Source of the DNA: Candidatus Sericytochromatia bacterium
GTDB taxonomy: Bacteria > Cyanobacteriota > Sericytochromatia > S15B-MN24 > JAQBPE01
Length of the DNA: 50,562 nucleotides
NCBI GenBank assembly: GCA_040400605.1
Contig: JBBAPZ010000009.1
Location: 66,607 to 117,168, forward strand
Direction of reading: 5' to 3'
Shown here: in pieces, positions 28,572 through 37,610 of the stretch
How positions within the stretch are numbered: the stretch's first letter is position 1
Layout: each line of letters opens with the position of its first letter
Notes under the pieces: model-generated
The model's input: the letters and a program-made list of their open reading frames with translations, nothing else
The model's database searches: none
Told to the model about the DNA's origin: nothing
Made by a program: the position numbers and the translations under genes

Positions 28572-29558
28572 ATGGGTCATTACCGCATCTTGATTAATCC
28601 TCTATCCAGGCGTGGTGGCGACCCGCAACTCGCTCAGGCGATCGCCCGTGCCTTCGCCAATGCGTCGCACGAGGTGGTCACCCCCCGCTCACGCGAGCAG
28701 TTTCTGCAAGCCGCCCACGACGCCCGCGCGGAAGGGGTGGACGTGCTTGTCATCGTCGGCGGCGACGGCTCACTTAACACCGTCTTGCCCGCACTGAGCC
28801 ACAGCACCATGGCCCTCGCTATCATCCCGGCGGGCACAGCCAACGATTTCGCCAGACAGTTGGGCATGCCAACTGACACACACACAGCGTGCGAGGCCAT
28901 TTTGTCCGGGACCGCCGCGTGGCACGACCTCGCACGGGTTGGGGACGCCTTGTTTCTCACCGGGGGGGGGGTCGGAGTCGTCAGTCGCATCGCGCTGGGC
29001 GTGCACGTTCTAAAAACCCGCCAAGACGTGGTGGGGTCTTGTTTTCGTCAACTGGGCGGCTTGGCCTATACCTGCCACTCGGCACTGACCTTGCTGACAG
29101 GCACCCAACTGAGCTGTCGATTGGGGGCTGAATTGGACGGCGAACACCATGCCATCACGCCCACTTTGGCTCTATTCGTGAACAAACAGCCGGCCATCGG
29201 CAGCAACTTGACGGTCTGTCCATCTGCCCGTCCGGATGACGGCCTGTTGTCGATTTGCTGGCTTGAGATGCGCAATCGTTTGAAGAACCTGTGGGTTAAC
29301 TGGTTGCTCTTTCGCGGCGGCCGACACGGGCGTTTGGAGAACGTGCGGATGCTGCAGGGCAAAGCGTTGACCCTGCACAGCCCGGACTGGCTCATTTTTG
29401 CGGGTGACGGCGAACGCCTCGCCGAAGGGCATACGATACAACTTAGCGTCGTGCCGAAAGCCCTGCGCGTGATTCAACCTCGTCTAAACAGGGGTAACGA
29501 TGCCCAAACAACGGACATAGACGCCCGTGCAACCCTGGTAACCCGGGGCGGTCCGTGA
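28572..29558 (+). CDS. Diacylglycerol/lipid kinase family protein (YegS/DgkB-like)
   Basis: INPLS, VGGDGS, IPAGTANDFA, DDGLL, GDGE. Confidence 0.9.
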   Translation: MGHYRILINPLSRRGGDPQLAQAIARAFANASHEVVTPRSREQFLQAAHDARAEGVDVLVIVGGDGSLNTVLPALSHSTMALAIIPAGTANDFARQLGMPTDTHTACEAILSGTAAWHDLARVGDALFLTGGGVGVVSRIALGVHVLKTRQDVVGSCFRQLGGLAYTCHSALTLLTGTQLSCRLGAELDGEHHAITPTLALFVNKQPAIGSNLTVCPSARPDDGLLSICWLEMRNRLKNLWVNWLLFRGGRHGRLENVRMLQGKALTLHSPDWLIFAGDGERLAEGHTIQLSVVPKALRVIQPRLNRGNDAQTTDIDARATLVTRGGP

Positions 29559-29565
29559 GGCACGT

Positions 29566-30600
29566 GTGACGATGACGCAAGAGGCTGTTGCTTGCCCCGT
29601 TAGCATTTTGCCACTCGCTCACGCGAACGCGGCGCGTTTGTGGGCGATCGCATCCGCACCCACACACATTCCCAAAGCGCTCCTTGACAGGTATCTCAGC
29701 GAACAAAGCCTTTTTCTGACATATGGTGAGGCAGCCATCATCTTGGTTGGTCGGCGTGCGGGTTGGATTGTTGCGTGCGATCGAAGACCCGGTCTACCAC
29801 GTGAAGCCGTGTTTGCCTGCCTCACGGTGGCGCCTGATTGCTTGGCATCCGACAGGGCACTTGCCCTCGCCACGTTGTTTGAAGCCACCCGAATTTGGGC
29901 ACAGGCGCGAGACGCCACCCGGTTGGTGGGTCCGATATTTTTTTCGACCTGGTGGCCATACCGGGTGTTGGCGTGCGACCATGGTCCCGTGCCTTGGCCT
30001 TTTTCGGGCGAATGCACGGAGGGAGCCCACCGCTTGGCCGATTATCAGATGATGGGTCTCGCGGTGACGGATCGCTTTGTCAGTCGCCATTTGGATCGGC
30101 GTTGGCCACCGTGGTGGGCCCTAGACCTCCTGGAGCGCTGGTTAAGGCGTAACAGTCCGATCACCATTCGTCGGATCGATGCCACGGAATGCCTGGCCCA
30201 AGCGCACTCAATTTTTGCGATGATATCGGATGTTTTCGCGCACAATGCCCATTACACCCCCTTGGATGAAGACACCTTCAAAAGCGTGTATCTGGCAGGA
30301 TTGCCCGAGCAAGGCATCGTTTTGGGTGCGTTTGAGCCGAACGGCGAGCTGGTTGGGTTTTGTAGCGGCTCGGTAGCGGGGCCTGTGGGGATTTTAAAAA
30401 CGGTTGGTGTCGTGGCGCGCCATCGCGGCACGCGCCTTGGCATGGGACTGACGTATCAGTTTCATCGTGAGTTGATGCGTCACAGTTGCACGCAGGCCGT
30501 TCATGCGATGATGAAGGATGACAATGCGTCAAACCGCCTGAGTGGACGGGTGGCCCGCGTGATGAGGGAGTACGTGCTGCTTGGCTGCTCGCTTGATTGA
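29566..30600 (+). CDS. Tandem GNAT-like protein (YghO-like)
   Basis: LVGP...STWWPYR, F-x-x-N-x-x-YTP, ILKTVGV...HRGTRLG acyl-CoA motif, terminal REYVL. Confidence 0.7.
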   Translation: MTMTQEAVACPVSILPLAHANAARLWAIASAPTHIPKALLDRYLSEQSLFLTYGEAAIILVGRRAGWIVACDRRPGLPREAVFACLTVAPDCLASDRALALATLFEATRIWAQARDATRLVGPIFFSTWWPYRVLACDHGPVPWPFSGECTEGAHRLADYQMMGLAVTDRFVSRHLDRRWPPWWALDLLERWLRRNSPITIRRIDATECLAQAHSIFAMISDVFAHNAHYTPLDEDTFKSVYLAGLPEQGIVLGAFEPNGELVGFCSGSVAGPVGILKTVGVVARHRGTRLGMGLTYQFHRELMRHSCTQAVHAMMKDDNASNRLSGRVARVMREYVLLGCSLD

Positions 30601-32179
30601 AAACAACATCGCGTATCAGACACTGCGGAACCCGAACATCCAGTTGGAAAAGGTGGCGTTGGTCGCGCTGGCTAAAAACCGGCGCGACCACTGTTCCTGG
30701 CGCTACAGTGAGTTAATCGACCAAGCCAACCGTGTGAGCGGATTCCTCAAAAATCGGGGATTGCAGGCCGGTGACGCAGTGGTTGTGCTCGTGCCGATGT
30801 CGCTTGTGTTTTACGCCATCGTGCTGGGTATCACGCAAGCGGGAGGCGTCTGCGTCTTTTTGGACCCCGGTGCGCCACGCGCGCAATTGGACGCGGCTTG
30901 TATCGCGGCTGCACCCCGCTTCTTTTTTGGTATTCCCAAAGCACACGTGTTGCGGATGGTGTCAAAAGCCTTTCGATGCATCCCTTTTGCCATTGTGGTG
31001 GATGAGGGTTGGCTTGGTCGGCGCTTTCGCCAGGAATTGGCGCGAGCGGCACCGGATGCCAGCATCGCGGCAGTCAGACCGGATGAGGCGGCGGCGATCG
31101 CCTACACGACCGGCACAACCGGCACGCCCAAACCCATCAAGCGCTCCCACGGCCACATCGTGCGCATGCTCCAACACCTGGATGCCCGGCGGGGCATGAC
31201 ACGTGATGATGTGCAAATGGCACCGTGGGCCGCCATGCTGTTCGACCCGCTTTGTCACGGACGCAGCGCCGTCATTCCCGCTTTTTCGCCTGGCCGGATT
31301 GCATCGGCCGACCCGGTTGTGTTGCTTGAACAGATGCGCGCAAATGGGGTCACGGTGCTGTCAGGCCCGCCGGTCTTGTTTGAGCGCCTGTGTGAGCACC
31401 TCGAAGCCGTTGGGGAATTCTTGCCTGTGCGCTTCGCATTTATTGGGGGCGCGTGGGTTGCGCACGGGTTGCTGGCGCGCGTGGCGGACCGTATGGATTC
31501 CACGGGTTTGGCTGCGGCCATCTACGGCTCGACCGAAGTGGAACCGGTTGCGGTTCTGACTGCCACAGAGGCCAGAACTGTTGCGTCAGGCCCTGGTTTG
31601 TGCGCGGGTTACTTGCATCCAGCGTTGTCGATCAAGATCATTCGCTGCCACTTTGGCGTCGTCACGCTAGGCGTTGGGGGGTGGGCCGAGTGGGAGTTGC
31701 CAGTGGGCGACTGGGGCGAGGTTGTGGTAGCTGGGCCGCATGTGAATGTCGAAGCGGGAGGGGATCTCGAAGCGTTCTCACTCAGCAAGATTGTGGATCC
31801 CCAAGGGCACCTCTGGCACCGCATGGGTGATACCGGGTATTTGGATGCCGCCGGTCTGCTCTACTTGACGGGGCGTTTGGGTGCGTTGATTGAAACCGAT
31901 AGGGGGCGCTTGTTTCCTTATCCCATCGAGGCGATCGCCCGGTCGATGGAAGGGGTCAAAGATGCCTGCCTGATCAACCTGGACAGTGTTGCAACCGTCG
32001 TCATCGAAACCCTCCCCGGCGTACGGATCGCTCACACCCTGCAAACGGTGCGTGATGCTCTTCATACCCACGGGGTCAATCAGGTACAGTGGTGTCAACA
32101 ACTGCCCCGCGATCACCGACACAATTCCAAAGTGGATCCAGACGCCCTGCGCCGTATCCTTGCCCGGAGACACCCATGA
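30581..32179 (+). CDS. AMP-dependent ligase, OleC-like subgroup
   Basis: P-loop YTTGTTGTPK, YGSTEVEP, WHRMGDTG, C-terminal LPRDHRHNSKVD typical of OleC-like enzymes. Start is TTG 30581 or 30593. Confidence 0.85.
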   Translation: MAARLIENNIAYQTLRNPNIQLEKVALVALAKNRRDHCSWRYSELIDQANRVSGFLKNRGLQAGDAVVVLVPMSLVFYAIVLGITQAGGVCVFLDPGAPRAQLDAACIAAAPRFFFGIPKAHVLRMVSKAFRCIPFAIVVDEGWLGRRFRQELARAAPDASIAAVRPDEAAAIAYTTGTTGTPKPIKRSHGHIVRMLQHLDARRGMTRDDVQMAPWAAMLFDPLCHGRSAVIPAFSPGRIASADPVVLLEQMRANGVTVLSGPPVLFERLCEHLEAVGEFLPVRFAFIGGAWVAHGLLARVADRMDSTGLAAAIYGSTEVEPVAVLTATEARTVASGPGLCAGYLHPALSIKIIRCHFGVVTLGVGGWAEWELPVGDWGEVVVAGPHVNVEAGGDLEAFSLSKIVDPQGHLWHRMGDTGYLDAAGLLYLTGRLGALIETDRGRLFPYPIEAIARSMEGVKDACLINLDSVATVVIETLPGVRIAHTLQTVRDALHTHGVNQVQWCQQLPRDHRHNSKVDPDALRRILARRHP

Positions 32180-33114
32180 CCGTCACCCCTGACTTGCCTG
32201 CTTGGCCACTCCGCTTTTTGGCCTACTTGAACGAACGCTTCAGACCGGGCCTGATGCTCTTTATGACCGCCTTGTTGGTGCTCGCGCATGGACTTGCCGC
32301 CCACGTGAATGCCGGCGTCAAGTTAAACGGACAATCCTGGCAGACGCTGGTTTTGGTCACTGTCGTGCTGTTTTTGATTTTCTTTCACCTGCGGGTGTTT
32401 GATGAGCACAAAGATTGGCATATCGATCGATACGCTTTTCCCGAACGGGTGTTGTCGCGCGGCTGGGTGACCTTAAGGCAACTGACATGGTTGGGCGCGG
32501 GTGCCATCACGCTGGAGCTTGCGATCGCCTGGTGGATTGGTTGGCCTTTCTTTTTGGCAATCGGCGGCTGTTTGCTCTACACCATCGCCATGTTTTTCGA
32601 GTTTGGCATCGGCACGTGGTTACGGCGCAGCATCGTGCTGTATGGCATCACCCACATGCTGGTGCTGCCTGGCATGATTCTTGCCGTCTACTTGAGCGTG
32701 GGGCAACTCTCGCCGCACTATGATGCCTTTGCATGGCCCCTTTTGGCCTACGCGGCAGTGCAATTTGGCATGGCCTTTTCGCTCGAAGTCGCACGCAAGG
32801 TCCGTTTGCCTGCAAATGAAAAGCCAAATGTTGACACCTATTCCGGTCAATTGGGTCTGCGAGGTGCCTTGGCAACCATTTTGGGCTGCCAAGCGGTGGC
32901 CCTGCTGTTGCTCACATTCGTGCAAGACGCGTTGCAACTCGGTATGCGGGCTGTCGTGGCGGGTCTGGTCGCGTGGTTACTGGTCGCGATCGGGTATGCG
33001 GCTTTGGCGAAGCGGTTGCCTGCGCGTTTTGAGCGTCAAGTGGAAGCTTTGGCCGTACTCACGCCGTTTGTGCTGGATATCGCCGTGTTTGTGAGTTGGG
33101 GGCTTTTCGCATGA
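32176..33114 (+). CDS. UbiA prenyltransferase-like integral membrane protein
   Basis: About 8 hydrophobic segments; RVFDEHKDWHID...PERVLSRG first Asp-rich motif; EVARK...DTYS; ATGA overlaps on both sides. Confidence 0.75.
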   Translation: MTVTPDLPAWPLRFLAYLNERFRPGLMLFMTALLVLAHGLAAHVNAGVKLNGQSWQTLVLVTVVLFLIFFHLRVFDEHKDWHIDRYAFPERVLSRGWVTLRQLTWLGAGAITLELAIAWWIGWPFFLAIGGCLLYTIAMFFEFGIGTWLRRSIVLYGITHMLVLPGMILAVYLSVGQLSPHYDAFAWPLLAYAAVQFGMAFSLEVARKVRLPANEKPNVDTYSGQLGLRGALATILGCQAVALLLLTFVQDALQLGMRAVVAGLVAWLLVAIGYAALAKRLPARFERQVEALAVLTPFVLDIAVFVSWGLFA

Positions 33115-35756
33115 CAGCTATTGGGACACCGGCCTTTTTGGCTACGACAGATGTGCGCGCGGCGGGCGGCAAGGGGGCGGCCTTGCACCAACTGGTGGGG
33201 TGGGGCTTTGATGTGCCGCCTTTTTTCGTTGTTTCTTGCGACGTGTTTGGGGCATGTACAGCCGATTTGGCGTTGCAGGGCGAGCCTGGCGCGTGCAGGG
33301 ATGCGATCGCCAGTTTGGCGCACGATGCCGGCGTGAAGCAGCGTTTGCTTGCGATCATCCAACAGGGTCTGGCGACATTGCCCAAGCAGCCCGTCGCTGT
33401 GCGCAGCTCCGCGCGTGATGAGGATGGCGTCAACGCGTCATTGGCGGGCCAGCATGACACGTTTTTGCACGTTTTACCTGAGCCAGAGGCGGTTTTCGAG
33501 GCTGTCATCAAGGCTTGGCAGTCCTTGTATTCAGAGCGCAGCCACAGTTATCGGCGGCAGAAGGGGCTTTCCAACCAAGGGCTTGCAATGGCCGTCGTTG
33601 TGCAGACACTCATTCCGTCTGAGCGGTCGTGGGTGGGTTTCAGTGCCAACGTGTTGAACCGCAACCCGCATGAGATGTTGATCAGCGCGGCGTGGGGCCT
33701 GGGTGAAGGCATCGTCTCCGGTGCGGTCGACGCGGCGGAGTTTGTTCTGGATGGTGCCAACGGCACCATTAAAACGGTGCAGCACGACGGCCAGGACACG
33801 ATGGTTGTCCCGGCTGCGCCTTCGGGTGTTGCGACGGTGCCCGTGCCTGCAGAACAGCATCGTGCCGCCGTGCTCTCTGCGGAGGAGGCGAGCGCCATCG
33901 GGGCTTTGTTGCGGCAAGCGGCCAAGCAGATGGGGGTGCCTGTGGATGTGGAAGGGGCGTTGTATGACAATCGTCTGTATGTCCTGCAGGTTCGGCCCAT
34001 TACCAGTCCGGTGAGCGGTCGCCAGTTGCTCTGGGACAACTCGAACATTGTTGAGAGTTACGCGGGTGTGACAACGCCATTGACCTTTTCGTTTGCAATG
34101 CGCTCGTATCAGATTGTCTACACCCTTTTTGGGCGGATGTTGGGCATTCCGCATCATGTGGGTGAGGAACGGGAGCGCACGGCACAGTCTTACCTGGGTT
34201 TGATTCAGGGTCGGGTGTATTACAACTTGCTGACGTGGTACGAGTCACTGTCGTTGATGCCTGGTTTCAGTTTCAGTCGTGGCGCAATGGAAGGCATGAT
34301 GGGGGTACAGGAATCGTTTGAGTACAAGCGCAAGCCAGTTGCAAGCCAGTGGGAGCGTTGGACCAAGGAGTTTCCGCACGTGGTTGGCATGGTGGTGCGG
34401 ATTCTGTGGTATTTTGCGACGGTCGATCGGCTGGTCGCGCGTTTTGATGCGCACATCGCGCGCAATTTAAGCGAGCGTGCCACCGAGGATTACCGTGGTT
34501 GGGAGTCGGCCAGGCTGGTTGATTTGTTGGAGCATCAGATTAACGACGTGACGCGCCGTTGGCAAGCGCCGATCATGACCGATACGGGCGCGATGATTTG
34601 TTATGCCGTGCTCGCCAAACTTTGCAAGCGGTGGATCAGTACGGACCAGTCCCTGCAAAACGATTTGTTGTCAGGCGAAGGGGGGATTGAAAGCACCGAA
34701 CCCACCCGTCACTTGATGCAATTAGCGGCGCAACTGCAAGCCCATGAGGGCGCGCGCGAAGCAGTGCAGCACTCGCCGGCGGCTTTTTTTGAACGGCTTG
34801 AGTCTGACCCGACGCTGGTGGGTGTTCGGGAGACCCTGAATGACTGGCTGATACGCTATGGCGATCGCTGCATGAACGAACTCAAGCTGGAAGAGCCGTC
34901 GTTGCGTGAAAACCCAGGGTTTGTCGCGGTCATGTTGCGCAACTACGTGCAAATGCCTGAATTGGGTAAGCCCAATCCGATTGAGGCAAGCATCCGGCAA
35001 TCGGCGCAGGGGCGGGTGGATGAGGCGCTCAAGGGCCATCCGTTGAGGCGTTGGGTGTTCGACAAGGTGCTGGGTTGGACGCGCAAGCATGTGCGCAACC
35101 GGGAAAATTTACGGTTTGCGCGTACGCGGATGTTTGGGGTTGCGCGACGTATTTTTCTGGCAATCGGAGAGGATTGGGTGCGCCAAGGGGTGCTGCGCGA
35201 TCGCCAGGATATCTTTTATCTGACAATGGATGAGATCATCGCGTTTGTGGATGGCCGTTCCGTGACGCGCAATCTGCAGGCGTTGAGTGATCTTCGCCGC
35301 GCGGAGTTTGAGGCCTTTCGGGCCAGCGAACCAGACGAGCGCTTCGTGACGTTCGGGTTGCCCCACACGCTCACGCGTTATGTGGGGAAGCCGGCGGGCG
35401 GTCCTGCGAACGTGGCGGATCTTGGGCCTGATGAATTGGCTGGTACGCCGTGCTGTCCGGGTACGGTGGTTAATGTGACACGGTTGATCCGCGAACCCGG
35501 CGATGATTTGCGTCTGGATGGCGAGATTTTGGTGACGCCGCGTACAGACCCCGGCTGGGTGACACTGTTTCCCGCGGTATCCGGGTTGCTGGTTGAAAAA
35601 GGCAGTATCTTGTCACACTCGGCCATCGTGGCGCGCGAATTGGGCTTACCGACAATTGTGGGTGTCAAGGGCTTGTGTGCCAAGGTGAACAAGGGTCAAC
35701 GGGTCAAAATGGATGGTGCCACGGGACGCGTGATCATTTTGGAGGAAACGACTTGA
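33111..35756 (+). CDS. PEP-synthase/rifamycin-phosphotransferase-like dikinase (ATP-grasp, substrate domain, phospho-His swivel)
   Basis: GGKG, AVRSSARDED, SLAGQ, LQVRPIT, TDPGW, phospho-His motif ILSHSAIVARELG. Confidence 0.9.
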   Translation: MTAIGTPAFLATTDVRAAGGKGAALHQLVGWGFDVPPFFVVSCDVFGACTADLALQGEPGACRDAIASLAHDAGVKQRLLAIIQQGLATLPKQPVAVRSSARDEDGVNASLAGQHDTFLHVLPEPEAVFEAVIKAWQSLYSERSHSYRRQKGLSNQGLAMAVVVQTLIPSERSWVGFSANVLNRNPHEMLISAAWGLGEGIVSGAVDAAEFVLDGANGTIKTVQHDGQDTMVVPAAPSGVATVPVPAEQHRAAVLSAEEASAIGALLRQAAKQMGVPVDVEGALYDNRLYVLQVRPITSPVSGRQLLWDNSNIVESYAGVTTPLTFSFAMRSYQIVYTLFGRMLGIPHHVGEERERTAQSYLGLIQGRVYYNLLTWYESLSLMPGFSFSRGAMEGMMGVQESFEYKRKPVASQWERWTKEFPHVVGMVVRILWYFATVDRLVARFDAHIARNLSERATEDYRGWESARLVDLLEHQINDVTRRWQAPIMTDTGAMICYAVLAKLCKRWISTDQSLQNDLLSGEGGIESTEPTRHLMQLAAQLQAHEGAREAVQHSPAAFFERLESDPTLVGVRETLNDWLIRYGDRCMNELKLEEPSLRENPGFVAVMLRNYVQMPELGKPNPIEASIRQSAQGRVDEALKGHPLRRWVFDKVLGWTRKHVRNRENLRFARTRMFGVARRIFLAIGEDWVRQGVLRDRQDIFYLTMDEIIAFVDGRSVTRNLQALSDLRRAEFEAFRASEPDERFVTFGLPHTLTRYVGKPAGGPANVADLGPDELAGTPCCPGTVVNVTRLIREPGDDLRLDGEILVTPRTDPGWVTLFPAVSGLLVEKGSILSHSAIVARELGLPTIVGVKGLCAKVNKGQRVKMDGATGRVIILEETT

Positions 35757-36742
35757 TGGGCAGCCCGCTTGTTAACCCCCGCCAATTGCATGAGCAGGCA
35801 TTGAAACAGGCCTTCAGCCTGGATGCCATTCCTTACGAGCAAGGTGTGTCTGAATCCTTGGCGTGGGCACCATTGGCCTTTGTCCCGCATGCGTATCTGC
35901 CGTCGTATGAGTTGCTGGATGCGGGTGATCGTGCCCTTTGCGCGCAATTTGCGGGTCTTGCGATCGCCGAGCTCTTCATTTACCTGGAAGAGTCCATTTT
36001 GGTACCGGCTGTCGAGCAGGCGTTGGCGAGACGGGGTAGTGCGCTGGGTGCGGATTTGCGTCACTGTTTGCTCGACCTCATCGAAGAGGAGCACAAGCAC
36101 ACCGAGATGTTTTGGCGCCTGCTCGAACGTGCCCGTCCCGATTGGTATCCCAACCGTCAGTTGCGTTTTCAGCGGGGCGGCAAGCGGCTGGCCACACGCT
36201 TGATGACCCGGCATCCGGATACGTTCATTGCGTGGGTGTGGGTGGCGTTGCTGTTTGAGGAGCTGACCATTCATGTGTATCGTCATTATCGTGATGATGC
36301 GGCGGTGGAGCCATTGTTTCGGGAGGTTCACCGCTTTCATATGCTGGATGAAGCCCGGCACTTCCGCATTGAGCAGCATTTGTTGAAGGCCTTTTGGGAT
36401 CCTGCGCCGTTGGCGTTGCGCCAGTTAAACGCGCGTCTGTTTGGACTCATCATGGCGCGATTTGTCTCGCCACGCTTGCCGCTGAAGGCGTTGGATCTCG
36501 TGTTTGAGCGATCGCCGCACCTCAAGGTGCATGCACCCCGCTTCAGGCAAGAGATTCTCGCACTGGCCAACAATGGCGCGTATCAGCAGGCGTATTACAG
36601 CCGTGAGGCGTTACCACTCACCTTTCAAACCTTGGATGCCTACCCGGAAATGCACTTGCTTGAGAAGATTTTACCCGCTTACACACCGCGCACGGGAACC
36701 CCAACGCCGACGGCATCGGCCCCAAACACGGGGGGATTCTAG
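35756..36742 (+). CDS. Ferritin-like diiron oxygenase (AurF-like)
   Basis: FIYLEE, EEEHKH, FEE, HMLDEARH diiron ligand pattern; TGATG coupling to the upstream gene. Confidence 0.8.
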   Translation: MGSPLVNPRQLHEQALKQAFSLDAIPYEQGVSESLAWAPLAFVPHAYLPSYELLDAGDRALCAQFAGLAIAELFIYLEESILVPAVEQALARRGSALGADLRHCLLDLIEEEHKHTEMFWRLLERARPDWYPNRQLRFQRGGKRLATRLMTRHPDTFIAWVWVALLFEELTIHVYRHYRDDAAVEPLFREVHRFHMLDEARHFRIEQHLLKAFWDPAPLALRQLNARLFGLIMARFVSPRLPLKALDLVFERSPHLKVHAPRFRQEILALANNGAYQQAYYSREALPLTFQTLDAYPEMHLLEKILPAYTPRTGTPTPTASAPNTGGF

Positions 36743-36744
36743 CG

Positions 36745-37539
36745 ATGTTCGAACACCCGACTTTGCTGCAAGTGGCCATCGGCTCCTTTCTGTTCCAGCT
36801 CAGTTTTTATCTGATCCTGGGTGTGGGCGGATTTTGGTTGGCACATCGCTCCCGTGTGCCGTTTTTTGTGAGGCGGCGAATGCCGCATCAAGTGGCGGGG
36901 CGTGAGCAGATTGTACGTGAGGTGAAATTGTCGTTTATCACCATGGTCATTATTTCGGTGGTGGGTGTGATTTTTATGATGATGATGGAGCAGGGTTGGA
37001 TCAAGATTTGTTTCGACTTGTCATGCGGCGGGCCCTTGTATGCGATCGCCATGGTGGCGGTCCTCGTTGTGGCCCACGATGCCTATTTTTACTGGACGCA
37101 TCGCATGCTGCACACGCCGTGGTTGTTCAAGCACTTTCACATCGACCACCACCGCTCACTGTTTCCCACCCCCCTGGCCATTCTGGCGCATCACCCGGTG
37201 GACTCGATTCTATCCGTGGGATTCGTGTACGTGATCGTCTTTTTCGTGCCGATTCCACTGGTATCCATCATTGGGTTCCAGATCATCATGTATTGTTTCA
37301 ACCTGTTGGGACACCTCAACCTTGAGCTTTTGCCCGAGCGTTTTTTATACTCCCGTTGGTTTAAAGTCCTGAATACCTCGACCCATCATCAATTGCATCA
37401 CCAGACGACCCAATATAACCACGGCTTTTACTTCAGTTTCTGGGACCGATGGTTCGGCACGGAGCACCCTGAGATCAATCAGGCGTTTTTGGCGAATACA
37501 CGCTGCGGCACGCCCGCCGAGATGTTACCCAACCCCTGA
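36745..37539 (+). CDS. Sterol desaturase / fatty acid hydroxylase family membrane diiron enzyme
   Basis: His boxes HRMLH, HIDHH, HHQLHH; WDRWFGT. Confidence 0.9.
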   Translation: MFEHPTLLQVAIGSFLFQLSFYLILGVGGFWLAHRSRVPFFVRRRMPHQVAGREQIVREVKLSFITMVIISVVGVIFMMMMEQGWIKICFDLSCGGPLYAIAMVAVLVVAHDAYFYWTHRMLHTPWLFKHFHIDHHRSLFPTPLAILAHHPVDSILSVGFVYVIVFFVPIPLVSIIGFQIIMYCFNLLGHLNLELLPERFLYSRWFKVLNTSTHHQLHHQTTQYNHGFYFSFWDRWFGTEHPEINQAFLANTRCGTPAEMLPNP

Positions 37540-37610
37540 GGCTGTTGAATACATATCGGAAATGGCTTGGTCAACACCTGTTCAAGTAAGCGCGGTGGGT
37601 GGCTTGAAAC

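Noticed and set aside
30581..32179. oleABCD olefin biosynthesis cluster
   Set aside because: Only an OleC-like ligase is present; there is no OleA thiolase, OleB hydrolase or OleD reductase nearby.
33111..35756. Rifampicin resistance gene (rph) or housekeeping ppsA
   Set aside because: It lacks the C-terminal PEP-binding barrel of PpsA. The RPH-like architecture is shared by many non-resistance enzymes, and the operon context points to lipid metabolism.
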